The notes: a model not told the origin generated them from the letters alone. A stretch of 64,000 nt of DNA from Lachnospiraceae bacterium (GCA_024698285.1 JAILRJ010000044.1:7134-71133), one strand, 5' to 3'. Positions 8,942 to 19,087 are shown, counted from the first letter of the stretch. Program-made: numbers and translations.

Positions 8942-10026
8942 CTCAATGCTCCGTTTACCGCTTCAAGATAAGCGTATCCTTTGCCCTCGTCGGGCTCTAT
9001 GTAGGCGCCTTCTCCCCATTCGTTCCATGCGTTCAGATAAACGAAATCGGCTTTGCGCCCCTCAACTTTCGTCCTTAATGTCCTAAGCGTCTCTTCGGTC
9101 AGTTTCGGGGATGTGCCCGTATATACGAGGCCCTTGTATCCTCTTCTCGGCGTGTTGTCCCAGTCGGGTATCACTCCGGGGAATTCGTTTTCGGCATAAT
9201 CACGCTGCGCGATCGCTTTCATGATCCGCTTGCCGCTTACGCGCCTTTCAAGTATATATCCTCTTTTTCCGCCGAATATCTTATTCCTTACCGTCCTTGC
9301 GAACGTTCCGAGATTGTATTGAAGTTTCCCGAATGCTCCGAGCCCGAATTTAAGCGTATAGCCGGGTTCGAAATAGTAATATGCGTCCACAAGACCGGAT
9401 CTTTCTTCCGAGCCTGCCGCTGTCTTTCCGGATATGACGTACACCCCGTCAAAACCGGCCTCCCCGGCCCACTCGTCAAATGCCTTTCTCATCTCGGCAA
9501 AGCACGGTATGTCAAACGTCTTGTATATCTGCCACACGGGACGGTTGTCGACTTTTATGTACCTGCTGTCGCGAAAATATGGCAGGAGGTAATCGAAATA
9601 CCGTCTCCAGTCTTCCCTGTTCCCGTATTCCTGTGCGATAAGCACTTTATCCGACAGGCCGTACCATGTCCTGGTCCACGTTTCGTTGGCCCAGCATATA
9701 TTGAACCTTATATCTATCTCGGGATGTTCAAGAAGTGTCTGAAGCGGCCCGGCCATCAGCGTCTTGCCGTTAAAATAATACTGGTACAGGCAGAAGCCGT
9801 ATATACCGTACTTCCTTGCAAGCTCGGCCTGATGCGTCAGCGTTTTGACAGCGTCCTTATCAAGATCGTAGTACTCGCCTCCGAGCGGCACCCTGGGCTG
9901 TCTGTGACCCTTATAGAGAGGCACTGCACGTTTGACCGCGACCCACTCCGTATATCCTTTGCCCCACCACTCGTCGTTCTCCGGGAACGTATGATACTGG
10001 GGCAGGTACATGCACATTACTTTCAT
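8938..10026 (-). CDS. WbsX-like / GH99-like domain protein
   Basis: N-terminus MYLPQYHTFPENDEWWGKGYTEWVAVKRAVPLYKGHRQPRVPL matches the highly conserved start of the Glyco_tran_WbsX family. Confidence 0.8.
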   Translation of the reverse strand: MKVMCMYLPQYHTFPENDEWWGKGYTEWVAVKRAVPLYKGHRQPRVPLGGEYYDLDKDAVKTLTHQAELARKYGIYGFCLYQYYFNGKTLMAGPLQTLLEHPEIDIRFNICWANETWTRTWYGLSDKVLIAQEYGNREDWRRYFDYLLPYFRDSRYIKVDNRPVWQIYKTFDIPCFAEMRKAFDEWAGEAGFDGVYVISGKTAAGSEERSGLVDAYYYFEPGYTLKFGLGAFGKLQYNLGTFARTVRNKIFGGKRGYILERRVSGKRIMKAIAQRDYAENEFPGVIPDWDNTPRRGYKGLVYTGTSPKLTEETLRTLRTKVEGRKADFVYLNAWNEWGEGAYIEPDEGKGYAYLEAVNGALR

Positions 10027-10048
10027 TGATCGGTACTCCGGGTGACGG

Positions 10049-11179
10049 TCACTGTTTCATCCAGACGGTCCTGTTCACGATATGCGTATAGCTTTGAATG
10101 AGCTTGACGACTTTGACGGACACATTCTCGTCGGCGTAATCTTCGGCTTCGACGACCTTCTCGCCGTTCTCGTACATTGAGGTGGCAAGATCGATGGCCT
10201 GACAAACGTCATCGCTTTTGATCCCGCCGATGACGATCGTACCTTTGTCTAGGACTTCGGGTCTCTCGGTAGAGGTACGTATGAGTACCGCCGGAAAATC
10301 AAGCATAGCCGACTCTTCCGACAAAGTCCCGGAATCCGACATTACGCAGTATGCGTTCATCTGAAGTTTGTTGTAGTCAAGAAAACCGAACGGTTTCATA
10401 TTCGACACGAGAGGATCGAACTTGAAGTTCCTCTTCTCGATAAACTTCGCGCTTCTCGGATGTGTGGAATAGATGACCGGCATCTTATACTTCTGCGCAA
10501 CGATATTGACCGCATTCATAAGATCCATGAAATTGTCTTCAAGGTCTATGTTCTCTTCCCTGTGTGCCGACAGCAGTATATACTTCTTCGGCTCAAGGTT
10601 CAGCCTTGTGAGAACATCGCTTGCCTCTATTCTGTCCATTGAAGCCTTTATGACTTCCTTCATCGGAGATCCCGTTACGAATATCGTCTTGCCGTCGATG
10701 CCTTCCGACAGGAGATATCTGCGGGAATGCTCGGTATACGGCATATTGATGTCTGAAATGTGATCGACGATCTTGCGGTTGATCATCTCGGAAACATTCC
10801 AGTCCCAGCAACGGTTCCCCGCTTCCATATGGAAGATGGGTATCTTAAGTCTCTTGGCGCTTATTGCCGAGAGAGCCGAATTGGTATCTCCGAGAACAAG
10901 GAGTGCATCGGGCCTCTCTTTTTCAAGAAGCTCGTAAGATCTTGCGATTATATTGCCCATGGTCTCTCCGAGGTTTGCGCCCGCTGCCTCGAGAAAATGA
11001 TCCGGACGCCTCAGGTTCAGATCCTCAAAGAATATCTCGTTGAGCGTATAGTCATAGTTCTGTCCGGTATGCACAAGGATATGATCAAAATACCTGTCGC
11101 AGCATTTGATCACCTCGGACAGCCTGATTATCTCCGGACGCGTGCCGACTATCGTACATACTTTCAGTTTGTCAGACAT
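10049..11179 (-). CDS. capG: UDP-N-acetylglucosamine/UDP-L-PneNAc 2-epimerase, CapG/FnlC/WbjD type
   Basis: KLKVCTIVGTRPEIIRLSEVI...HILVHTGQNYDYTLNEIFFEDLNLRRPDHFL...GDTNSALSAISAKRLKIPIFHMEAGNRC is the WecB-family non-hydrolysing epimerase pattern, of the type found next to capE/capF. I prefer ATG 11179 (SD GAGGTG) over the GTG at 11185. Confidence 0.85.
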   Translation of the reverse strand: MSDKLKVCTIVGTRPEIIRLSEVIKCCDRYFDHILVHTGQNYDYTLNEIFFEDLNLRRPDHFLEAAGANLGETMGNIIARSYELLEKERPDALLVLGDTNSALSAISAKRLKIPIFHMEAGNRCWDWNVSEMINRKIVDHISDINMPYTEHSRRYLLSEGIDGKTIFVTGSPMKEVIKASMDRIEASDVLTRLNLEPKKYILLSAHREENIDLEDNFMDLMNAVNIVAQKYKMPVIYSTHPRSAKFIEKRNFKFDPLVSNMKPFGFLDYNKLQMNAYCVMSDSGTLSEESAMLDFPAVLIRTSTERPEVLDKGTIVIGGIKSDDVCQAIDLATSMYENGEKVVEAEDYADENVSVKVVKLIQSYTHIVNRTVWMKQ

Positions 11180-11181
11180 AT

Positions 11182-12294
11182 TCACACCTCTTCGCGAAAC
11201 GTATCTCCCTTATCGGGATCGAATACCTCGTTGACCCACATAACGGTCACCATATCTTCGTTGCCTATGTTCTCGATGTTATGGGTATATCCGCACGGAA
11301 TGTCTACGACCTCGAGCTTATTGCCCGAAACGTGGTATTCCGTGATCTTGTCGCTGCCTATCCTGCGAAGCCTTATCACGCCTTCGCCCTTAACGACAAG
11401 GAATTTCTCGTTCTTCGTATTGTGCCAGTGATTGCCCTTGACGATTCCCGGATGCGAGATGTTCACCGACACCTGGCCTCTGTCGGGAGTCTTTAGAAAT
11501 TCCGTGAACGATCCTCTATCATCCTCGCGCATAACGAGCGGATACAGGAAATCATCCTCCGGTATATAGCTTAAATATGTGCTGTACAGTTTCTTGGAAA
11601 AGCCGTCCGAAAGATCCGGAAGCGACAAGTCCCGTCTCATCTCCGGAAACGACTTTATGAGATTTGCCACGTCACCGAGAAGGACGTCATGCACGCACGG
11701 AACATATCCGTATCCGTCCTTAACGTGCTGCTTATCCTCCATGCAAAGGAGCAGTTCATCAACGACATCATCTATGTATACAAGATGCAGGAGAGTAACC
11801 GGATCGTTGACCGTTATCGGAAGACCTCTTGCTATGTTGTGGCAGAACGTTGCGACCGCCGAATTGTAATTGGGGCGGCACCATTTACCGAACACGTTCG
11901 GGAATCTGTATATCACTGCCTTCCCGCCGTGCCTGTCGGAAAACTCCCTGACAAACTCCTCGCCGGCACGTTTGCTTATACCGTACGGATTATCAAGAGC
12001 GGCCTGGATCGAAGACGACACAACGATCTTCGCCCCGGGATTACCGACACTCTCAAGTGTATCAAGAAGGGTCTTCGTAAAATCACGATTCCCCTCCATG
12101 AATTCTTCTTCCCTCTCGGGCCTGTTGACGCCCGCGAGATGATAAACGATATCGGCATCCTTCGCATACTCCGACAGCTTTGCCGGATCGGTGTCGATAT
12201 CGTAAGAAAATACCGTATCCTCTCCCAGGCATGCCAGACGCTGTATTAAGTTTTTGCCGATAAATCCGCCTGCTCCCGTTACGAGGATATTCAA
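11182..12294 (-). CDS. capF: CapF/FnlB/WbjC-type bifunctional reductase/epimerase (SDR N-domain plus cupin C-domain)
   Basis: NILVTGAGGFIGKNL Rossmann start. The C-terminal cupin-like part reads GQVSVNISHPGIVKGNHWHNTKNEKFLVVKGEG. The likely start is TTG 12294-12292 (giving MNILVTGAGG), preceded by GGGAGA and overlapping the capE TGA. Confidence 0.8.
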   Translation of the reverse strand: MNILVTGAGGFIGKNLIQRLACLGEDTVFSYDIDTDPAKLSEYAKDADIVYHLAGVNRPEREEEFMEGNRDFTKTLLDTLESVGNPGAKIVVSSSIQAALDNPYGISKRAGEEFVREFSDRHGGKAVIYRFPNVFGKWCRPNYNSAVATFCHNIARGLPITVNDPVTLLHLVYIDDVVDELLLCMEDKQHVKDGYGYVPCVHDVLLGDVANLIKSFPEMRRDLSLPDLSDGFSKKLYSTYLSYIPEDDFLYPLVMREDDRGSFTEFLKTPDRGQVSVNISHPGIVKGNHWHNTKNEKFLVVKGEGVIRLRRIGSDKITEYHVSGNKLEVVDIPCGYTHNIENIGNEDMVTVMWVNEVFDPDKGDTFREEV

Positions 12295-13328
12295 TGTCCC
12301 GTCTCCCACTCTGCAAGCTCATCCCTGACATAGCTTATGGACATGAGCTTTTCCTTGACCTGTTCAACATTAAGAATAGTTGTATTGTTGGAATTAAACT
12401 CGGTGAGCTTAGCCCTCTCAACGCTTCCTTCCTTGAAGTACTTGTCGTAGTTGAGGTCTCTCTGATCCGCCGGAACGCGGTAGAAATCACCGAGATCGAA
12501 CGCCCTTGCGCATTCCTCGTTCGTAAGGAGCGTCTCGTACATCTTCTCACCGTGCCTGATACCGATGACTCTGACTTCGTTATCCGCGTTAAACAGTTCC
12601 TTCACCGCGGTTGCAAGAGTCTCTATCGTACACGCCGGTGCCTTCTGTACCATGATATCCCCCGCATCGGCGTTGCCGAATGCGAAAATCACAAGCTCCA
12701 CTGCCTCCTCAAGACTCATGATGAATCTCGTCATCGTAGGTTCCGTAACCGTAAGCGGAAGTCCCTGTTTGATCTGATCGATGAACAGAGGGATAACGGA
12801 GCCTCTCGAGCACATAACGTTACCGTATCTCGTTCCGCATATGAGAGTCCTGTCGGGATCGACCGTACGTGATTTTGCAACGAACACCTTCTCCATCATG
12901 GCTTTGCTCGTACCCATGGCATTAACGGGATACGCAGCCTTATCGGTCGAAAGACATATGACCTTTCTGACTCCGGCTTCGATCGCGCATGTGAGCACGT
13001 TATCGGTTCCGATGACGTTTGTCCTGACCGCTTCCATCGGGAAGAATTCGCAGCTCGGTACCTGCTTGAGGGCTGCGGCATGGAAAATGTAATCCACTCC
13101 GTGCATCGCATCGCGCACGCTCTGTATGTTCCTGACATCACCTATGTAGTATTTGATCTTAGGATTGTTGTAGTGATGACGCATGTCATCCTGCTTCTTC
13201 TCGTCTCTCGAGAAGATCCTGATCTCCCTGATGTCTGTCTCGAGGAATCTCCGAAGAACGGCGTTTCCGAACGATCCCGTTCCCCCGGTGATCAGAAGTG
13301 TTTTGTCTTTGAATATGCTCTCAGTCAT
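12291..13328 (-). CDS. capE: UDP-GlcNAc 4,6-dehydratase/5-epimerase (inverting), CapE/FnlA/PseB family
   Basis: FKDKTLLITGGTGSFGNAVLRRFL...IRIFSRDEKKQDDMRHHY...YYIGDVRN...IFHAAALKQVPSCEF is the hallmark of FnlA/CapE/PseB. I prefer ATG 13328 (MTESIFKDK), which overlaps the capD stop as ATGACTGA. Confidence 0.85.
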   Translation of the reverse strand: MTESIFKDKTLLITGGTGSFGNAVLRRFLETDIREIRIFSRDEKKQDDMRHHYNNPKIKYYIGDVRNIQSVRDAMHGVDYIFHAAALKQVPSCEFFPMEAVRTNVIGTDNVLTCAIEAGVRKVICLSTDKAAYPVNAMGTSKAMMEKVFVAKSRTVDPDRTLICGTRYGNVMCSRGSVIPLFIDQIKQGLPLTVTEPTMTRFIMSLEEAVELVIFAFGNADAGDIMVQKAPACTIETLATAVKELFNADNEVRVIGIRHGEKMYETLLTNEECARAFDLGDFYRVPADQRDLNYDKYFKEGSVERAKLTEFNSNNTTILNVEQVKEKLMSISYVRDELAEWETGH

Positions 13329-15246
13329 TTGTAGGCTCCCATTTGTGAGGTTTATTGTCGTATGATCTGTCAACGGGGATCGTCCCGTCGGGATTTCTCA
13401 TCTGATATGTGGGCACGATCTTCTTGACCCACTTGCGGATCGTCATGTCATCGGTCTCATCCTTTGACAGTTCGTTCATTATCTCGAGTTCTCTGAAGAA
13501 CTCTTCCTCATCGAATTCGATCGGCTTGCCTATATGGATCTTGCTGTTGGCCGTATCCTGCAGGCCCTCCTCCTCCATGAGCATCTCCTCATAGAGCTTC
13601 TCTCCGGGGCGAAGTCCCGTGAACTGTATCTGGATATCTTCTCCGGGAACGTATCCCGACAGACGTATCAGATTTATCGCAAGGTCGAGTATCCTTACCG
13701 GCTCACCCATCTCGAGAACGAATATCTCTCCGCCTTTTGCGTATGCACCGGCCTGAAGCACAAGAGATACCGCTTCGGGGATCGTCATGAAGTATCTGAT
13801 GATGTTCGGATGCGTTACCGTGACGGGTCCACCCTCTTCGATCTGCTTCTTAAAGAGCGGTATTACCGAACCGTTGCTTCCGAGTACGTTTCCGAACCTT
13901 ACCGCCACGAATTCGGTGTTGCTCTTCTGGTTGTAAGACTGGACGATCATCTCGCATATACGCTTGCTCGCACCCATGATGTTCGTCGGATTGACCGCCT
14001 TGTCCGTGGAGATCATGACGAATCTTCCCGTTCCGTAACGGGATGCAGCCTCCGCAAGCTTCCATGTGCCCATGACGTTGTTCTTGATCGCCTCGTTCGG
14101 AGAATCCTCCATCAGCGGAACATGCTTGTGGGCAGCCGCATGATAAACGATATCGGGATGATACTTCTCAAATACCGAATTGACCCTGTTCGTATTCCTG
14201 ACGCTTCCGATGAGCACTTTAAGGTCAAGTTCGGGATAATTTCTCGACAGCTCCTGCTGTATCGCATATGCGCTGTTCTCGTAAATATCGAATATGATCA
14301 GCTGCTTGGGTCTGTGGGTCGCTATCTGGCGGCACAGCTCGCTTCCTATCGATCCGCCTCCGCCCGTGACAAGGATGACCTTATCCTTAACGTAGCTCAT
14401 TACCGATTCGAGATCGATCTGAACCTGGTCGCGGCCGAGAAGATCGGCTATATCGACTTTACGAAGCTGGCTGACATTGACCTCCCCGTTAACGAGCTGG
14501 TACATTCCCGGAAGAGTCTTAAGCTCACACTTCGTCTGCTTGCATATCTCGAGTATCTCGCGGATGACTTTCTTCGAAGCGGTCGGCATCGCTATGATTA
14601 TCTCGTCGATGTCGTACTTGGCCGCGTTCTCTATGATCGCGTCTCTTCCGCCCACGACCTTGACGCCGTGTATGTAATTGCCTATCTTGGTCGAATCGTC
14701 ATCAATGACACACATCGCGTTCTTCTCGATGTAGCTTGAGGAACGCATCTCACGGATCAGCGAATTGCCCGCATCCCCGGCTCCGATTATCATTACGTTC
14801 ACACTCTTGGCGTTACTGACGCGTTTTTCTATGAACGTCCTGAAGACCCTGTAGAAAAACCTCGTGATCGCAACAAGTGCCAGCAGGAATCCGCCGAAGA
14901 ACACATAACAGCTTCTCGGATACGTCCATTTAAGCACCAGGTTTACGACCAACATCTGTATGACCGCCGAGAAGAAACATGCACCGAGTATCGAGAACAT
15001 CTCGGGTGCGCCCGCGTATTCCCACAGGCTCTGGTACAGATGGAACAGCCAGAACAGTATGAGCGTTAATATTATCGAATAGGGAAGGAATTTGGCAGCC
15101 GTCTCGCCGTATACCTTTTCGGGTATCTGGGTGACGGAAAAATCAAATCTCGCTATGAGTGCAAGATACGTTGCGACAACAACCGAAAGAGCGTCGCAAA
15201 TCATCAGCCCGATTCTTCTTATAACCAATTGTCTGCTTTTTATCAT
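13321..15246 (-). CDS. capD: Membrane-bound UDP-GlcNAc 4,6-dehydratase, CapD/WbpM/PglF family
   Basis: 641 aa. Four N-terminal TM helices, then MIIGAGDAGNSLIREM and VTGGGGSIGSELCRQI double Rossmann signatures, then YHAAAHKHVPLME. Confidence 0.9.
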   Translation of the reverse strand: MIKSRQLVIRRIGLMICDALSVVVATYLALIARFDFSVTQIPEKVYGETAAKFLPYSIILTLILFWLFHLYQSLWEYAGAPEMFSILGACFFSAVIQMLVVNLVLKWTYPRSCYVFFGGFLLALVAITRFFYRVFRTFIEKRVSNAKSVNVMIIGAGDAGNSLIREMRSSSYIEKNAMCVIDDDSTKIGNYIHGVKVVGGRDAIIENAAKYDIDEIIIAMPTASKKVIREILEICKQTKCELKTLPGMYQLVNGEVNVSQLRKVDIADLLGRDQVQIDLESVMSYVKDKVILVTGGGGSIGSELCRQIATHRPKQLIIFDIYENSAYAIQQELSRNYPELDLKVLIGSVRNTNRVNSVFEKYHPDIVYHAAAHKHVPLMEDSPNEAIKNNVMGTWKLAEAASRYGTGRFVMISTDKAVNPTNIMGASKRICEMIVQSYNQKSNTEFVAVRFGNVLGSNGSVIPLFKKQIEEGGPVTVTHPNIIRYFMTIPEAVSLVLQAGAYAKGGEIFVLEMGEPVRILDLAINLIRLSGYVPGEDIQIQFTGLRPGEKLYEEMLMEEEGLQDTANSKIHIGKPIEFDEEEFFRELEIMNELSKDETDDMTIRKWVKKIVPTYQMRNPDGTIPVDRSYDNKPHKWEPTND

Positions 15247-15293
15247 TAAACCAAAACTACCGTATTCATTTTTTATTTCAACAGTTCATTATA

Positions 15294-16448
15294 TCAAACC
15301 GACCTTGCTATTGCAATTAAAGCGAGCACGCACAGAAGGAACGGAGGCACTATGAAAAAGTTCTCCATGAACGATGCCGCAAGGAGCGCAAACACGCCTG
15401 CGACGGCCGAACCCGAAACGATGCCGGAACCCGCTTTTTCGCGAAGTTTTAAGAGTCTTTCGATCAGCATGAAGCATGTGATCGCAAACACGATGACTCC
15501 GTGAACGATCAGAATATCCAGAAGACCGTTGTGGACTTCGAACATTCCGCCCATCCAGTCAACGTTTATCGTATATGAACTTCCTATACCGGTCAGGGGA
15601 TGCAAAAGGAACGCATTCCAAAGGTCCGTCCATATCTCATCCCTTCCCGAGATGATGTCTTTGTAGAATATCCTCACGTCGAAGCTTGACGCGAATTTCC
15701 CGAGCCATACGTAAAGAAGCGATACACCTATCGCACCAAGCGTCATGGCAAGAGTCAGGAGCAAGTAAAACACTTTGTTCTTCCGAACCTTCAGCGGTAT
15801 CAGCATAAGGACGGCGAACACGACCAGTCCGAGGAGCGCACACCTTGCCCTGTACCATGCGATTATGTTGTAGGCCCATGCGAAGCAGAAGATCACAAAA
15901 CAAAGCAGGAACACCGCTCCGTTCTTAACATTTTCCTTAAGACGCTCCCTGAAAGCCAGAAGAGCCGTTATCGCAAACACGAATCCGGTGATCAGTACGA
16001 GCCCGCCGTAGTTCGTATTATAGCCTTTGAAATACCCCTTGACGTCAAATGTCCAGTAGAAGAAATAAAACCCTATATACACGCTCGAGAACCACACGAA
16101 CGGTTTCGAAAAACGGATCTTATCCGCAAGATATATGACGATGATAACGTCCGCAGCCGTAAGGAATGCACCTTTTCCCGATCCGATAACGATCAGATTG
16201 ATCCCCGCGATTACACACCCGCATGCCGCAAGCCAGAAATACGGATCACGCAGCGCATCCGAGGGCCTTACGTAGCATACGAACGTTACGGCGAGAGCCA
16301 GGAACGATATGAGCGTTCCGTACGGGGATACCGCCTCATACCAGACGTATTCGTTCCATTCCGGGATCGTAAGGACCAGGATCGCGGTAATGAGCGAAAG
16401 ATTTCCCAGAGTCATTCTTTTTTCAGTGATATTATCTCTTTCCACCAA
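15294..16448 (-). CDS. Wzy_C / O-antigen ligase-like polymerase, paralog 1
   Basis: Polytopic membrane ORF with FYKDIISGRDEIWTDLWNAFLLHPLTGIGSS...FEVHNGLLDILIVHG, typical of the Wzy_C domain. The start is uncertain: TTG 16448, GTG 16445 or ATG 16415. Confidence 0.7.
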   Translation of the reverse strand: MVERDNITEKRMTLGNLSLITAILVLTIPEWNEYVWYEAVSPYGTLISFLALAVTFVCYVRPSDALRDPYFWLAACGCVIAGINLIVIGSGKGAFLTAADVIIVIYLADKIRFSKPFVWFSSVYIGFYFFYWTFDVKGYFKGYNTNYGGLVLITGFVFAITALLAFRERLKENVKNGAVFLLCFVIFCFAWAYNIIAWYRARCALLGLVVFAVLMLIPLKVRKNKVFYLLLTLAMTLGAIGVSLLYVWLGKFASSFDVRIFYKDIISGRDEIWTDLWNAFLLHPLTGIGSSYTINVDWMGGMFEVHNGLLDILIVHGVIVFAITCFMLIERLLKLREKAGSGIVSGSAVAGVFALLAASFMENFFIVPPFLLCVLALIAIARSV

Positions 16449-17877
16449 ACTTATCCTTCACAAAGCCCGCGAGCCTTCCGACTATCGCGGCAACATATTT
16501 GTAATACAGCAGCACAAGAACAATAAGCAGTACCGGGCAGATATAATACCTTCCGGGTGCCTTTCCGATCATTGCGACGGATATCGCGATCAAAATTAGA
16601 TACGAAAGCGCATCGACCAGAAGATTGTTTCCGAGCGTAACGTATTTTCTTACAAACCTGTAAGCGAATGCCCACATCAGCGCATAACTTACCGCCGTTG
16701 CGACCGCGGCGCCCATTGCACCGAAATACGGAATGAACGCAAGGTTCATCGCAACGTTAGCGACTGCGCCTATCGAAGTTGCAACCCCCATCGACTTTGA
16801 ATCCTTATACGCAAGGCATATCGATCCGAGGAATCCCGTTAGTGCGCCGAATATGACCGATATCAGAAGCGGAGGTACGAATACCCAAGCCTCGTAGAAG
16901 TCCTTCCTGAACATGAACGTTGCGATCGGATTGACAAGAAGTATAAGGGCCGCGCATCCGATCACCATTACGGAATTGTATGTTCTGTACATCTGAGTGA
17001 AGAACTCGCTGCTCTTCTCATCCTTGTAGCTCTTCGTCGCGGACATCTGCCACGCCTGCGCGAAAATCCTCTGAAATACCATAAGTATCGCCGGTATCTT
17101 ATAGGCAACACCGTATACGCCGTTAACCGCAGCTCCGCAAAGCGCGAGAACTATATACCTGTCGGCCGCATTGTTTATCCAGCTTCCGGTCGAGTAAGCG
17201 ATAAGCGGGGCTGAGTATTTTATCATCTCGGCTCTCATCTCATCGTCGGTATTAAGGTTTTTGACTATACCCGCGCTTCTTCCGACAAGAAGCATGACCG
17301 ATGCGGCAACAAGATACGCAAGTATCTGCGAGAAGATATAGCCGTTAAGTCCTATCTTTATCACGAGAAGGAAGCATATATTCGATATTATCATCACGAC
17401 CGTGGAAGTTATGCTTCCGATAACGACAACCGGTACGGCTTCGCATCCCTGGAAGAACAAAACAAGGAATTCGTACAGCGAATTGGTGATAAACAAAAAA
17501 GCAAACAAGAGCACATACCACTTGATGTTCTCTCCGACAAACGCAAATGACATAATGCACAGGCCTACCACTATCGCATCGGCGCGGACCACATACGAAA
17601 GACCCGTGCGAAGTATGCTTCCTCTCCTGTCCTCGTTTTCTATCCCGAACCTCAGAGCCGCTTCGCCGATATTAAACGTAAGCGCGGGAACGAGCAGGAG
17701 GAGAGTCACCTGCATTATGTCTGCTATTCCGTATTCATATGTCGTAAGTACATCCGTATAAAGGGGAACGAGAAGAAAGACCAGTATCTTCGATACGAAA
17801 TTACTGACGGAGAACAGTGCGATATTACCGGCCAGATACCGGTAGCTGCCTTTTTCCTTTTTATCCTTTACTCCCAT
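16432..17877 (-). CDS. wzx: Wzx-type flippase (MOP superfamily), copy 2
   Basis: Polytopic, with YLAGNIALFSVSNFVSKILVFLLVPLYTDVLTTYEYG. I prefer ATG 17877 (MGVKDKK), one nt after the upstream TGA and preceded by AAGGAA. Confidence 0.75.
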   Translation of the reverse strand: MGVKDKKEKGSYRYLAGNIALFSVSNFVSKILVFLLVPLYTDVLTTYEYGIADIMQVTLLLLVPALTFNIGEAALRFGIENEDRRGSILRTGLSYVVRADAIVVGLCIMSFAFVGENIKWYVLLFAFLFITNSLYEFLVLFFQGCEAVPVVVIGSITSTVVMIISNICFLLVIKIGLNGYIFSQILAYLVAASVMLLVGRSAGIVKNLNTDDEMRAEMIKYSAPLIAYSTGSWINNAADRYIVLALCGAAVNGVYGVAYKIPAILMVFQRIFAQAWQMSATKSYKDEKSSEFFTQMYRTYNSVMVIGCAALILLVNPIATFMFRKDFYEAWVFVPPLLISVIFGALTGFLGSICLAYKDSKSMGVATSIGAVANVAMNLAFIPYFGAMGAAVATAVSYALMWAFAYRFVRKYVTLGNNLLVDALSYLILIAISVAMIGKAPGRYYICPVLLIVLVLLYYKYVAAIVGRLAGFVKDKFGGKR

Positions 17878-17878
17878 A

Positions 17879-19087
17879 TCATTCCTTAAAGTCGATCCGG
17901 CTGTTTGCAAGAAGAAGCAGCAACAGCAGGTTGACCGTGTAATTCGTCCATATCAGATCCACGTCGAAGAACGATTCGAAGAACACCGCGAAGACGGCCG
18001 TAAGTGCGCAAAGTGCGACTTTTCGCGAAGCGATCCCGTCGCGCAGTGCGAACAGACGTCTGAACATAAGAAACACCGTAAGCGCAAACACTGTAAGGCC
18101 GTGTATGACGAGGATGTTATACATCGCGTTGTGAACATTGAATTCAAAGAAGGACGTGATCGTAACATTTGTACCGATTCCCGTCAGGGGCTTTGACCTG
18201 AAGTAATTCCAGAACTCGAGCCATATCGCCTCACGCCCCGAGAAGATGTTCTTGTAGAAGAACGGCATCCTGAAGTTAACCCCGGTCGTTCCGAGCCAGA
18301 TGTAAAATGCCACAAACAGGAGCGATCCGAATGTCGCGAGGATACAGACCGTATAATAGAATCCCTTACGTTCCCAGAGCTTCTTCGGTATGACAAAACG
18401 GAGTATCATAAACGCCCCGAGCATGATGAACGCGCCCCGTGATCTGTGATAAAGGGCTATCTGGAAACACTTTACGAGTGCGATCGTTGTAAGAAGCCCT
18501 GCGATGATATGCTTCTCGTAAAGCTCATCAAAGAAAGGCAGGACGCACAGCATCGAGAACATCGTAAACGTCGCGGCCGTATTCGTGTTCATCGCGAACG
18601 ACGTGTAATCCGCGAACATCCACGTGTACACCCCGAAAAACCAGTATATGAGCATAAGTGTGTAGAGACTCCCGAACAGATATATCTGCCATTTCGCAAA
18701 CTTTATCTGCGACGACAGATACCATACGAGGGCAAAATCCGCCATGACGAAGAAACATCCGAGTCCGCTGTCCACGATCAGTATGTTTACGGCCGTGATG
18801 ACAACAAGCAGGAAAAGGGCGATAAAATCAATATCCCTCGCTTTTATCTTCCGGATGGGATTGACATTGACAAGCGCGATGGCTGCCAGAATGACAAACA
18901 CGAACACCCCCACGTATTTTTCCGTCAGTCCGTAAAACCTCGGAACGAAGAATGTGAGGGTATAGAACACAAAGAGACAAAGGATGAGAAGTGTATTTAT
19001 AACATCCCGTATCGTGCTCTCTTCTTTTATTTTTCCGAAACAAGCTTTGACAGTTTCGATACCAAAGCCGTGCTTACCGTTTTCCAT
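17879..19087 (-). CDS. Wzy_C / O-antigen ligase-like polymerase, paralog 2
   Basis: FFYKNIFSGREAIWLEFWNYFRSKPLTGIGTN...FNVHNAMYNILVIHG aligns by eye with paralog 1. I prefer ATG 19087 (SD GGGAGA) over TTG 19102. It overlaps the 3' end of the upstream GT4 gene by 61 nt. Confidence 0.7.
   Translation of the reverse strand: MENGKHGFGIETVKACFGKIKEESTIRDVINTLLILCLFVFYTLTFFVPRFYGLTEKYVGVFVFVILAAIALVNVNPIRKIKARDIDFIALFLLVVITAVNILIVDSGLGCFFVMADFALVWYLSSQIKFAKWQIYLFGSLYTLMLIYWFFGVYTWMFADYTSFAMNTNTAATFTMFSMLCVLPFFDELYEKHIIAGLLTTIALVKCFQIALYHRSRGAFIMLGAFMILRFVIPKKLWERKGFYYTVCILATFGSLLFVAFYIWLGTTGVNFRMPFFYKNIFSGREAIWLEFWNYFRSKPLTGIGTNVTITSFFEFNVHNAMYNILVIHGLTVFALTVFLMFRRLFALRDGIASRKVALCALTAVFAVFFESFFDVDLIWTNYTVNLLLLLLLANSRIDFKE

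Noticed and set aside
13534-14739. 401-aa plus-strand ORF
   Set aside because: It is antisense to the capD-like gene, whose double Rossmann motifs are unambiguous. The ORF has no motif or SD and a low-complexity Arg/Leu-rich translation.
19027-19087. The 61-nt overlap between the GT4 gene and the Wzy-like gene as a sign of a frameshift or pseudogene
   Set aside because: Both ORFs are full length with intact family motifs, and the downstream ATG has its own SD (GGGAGA). It is more likely a genuine overlap.
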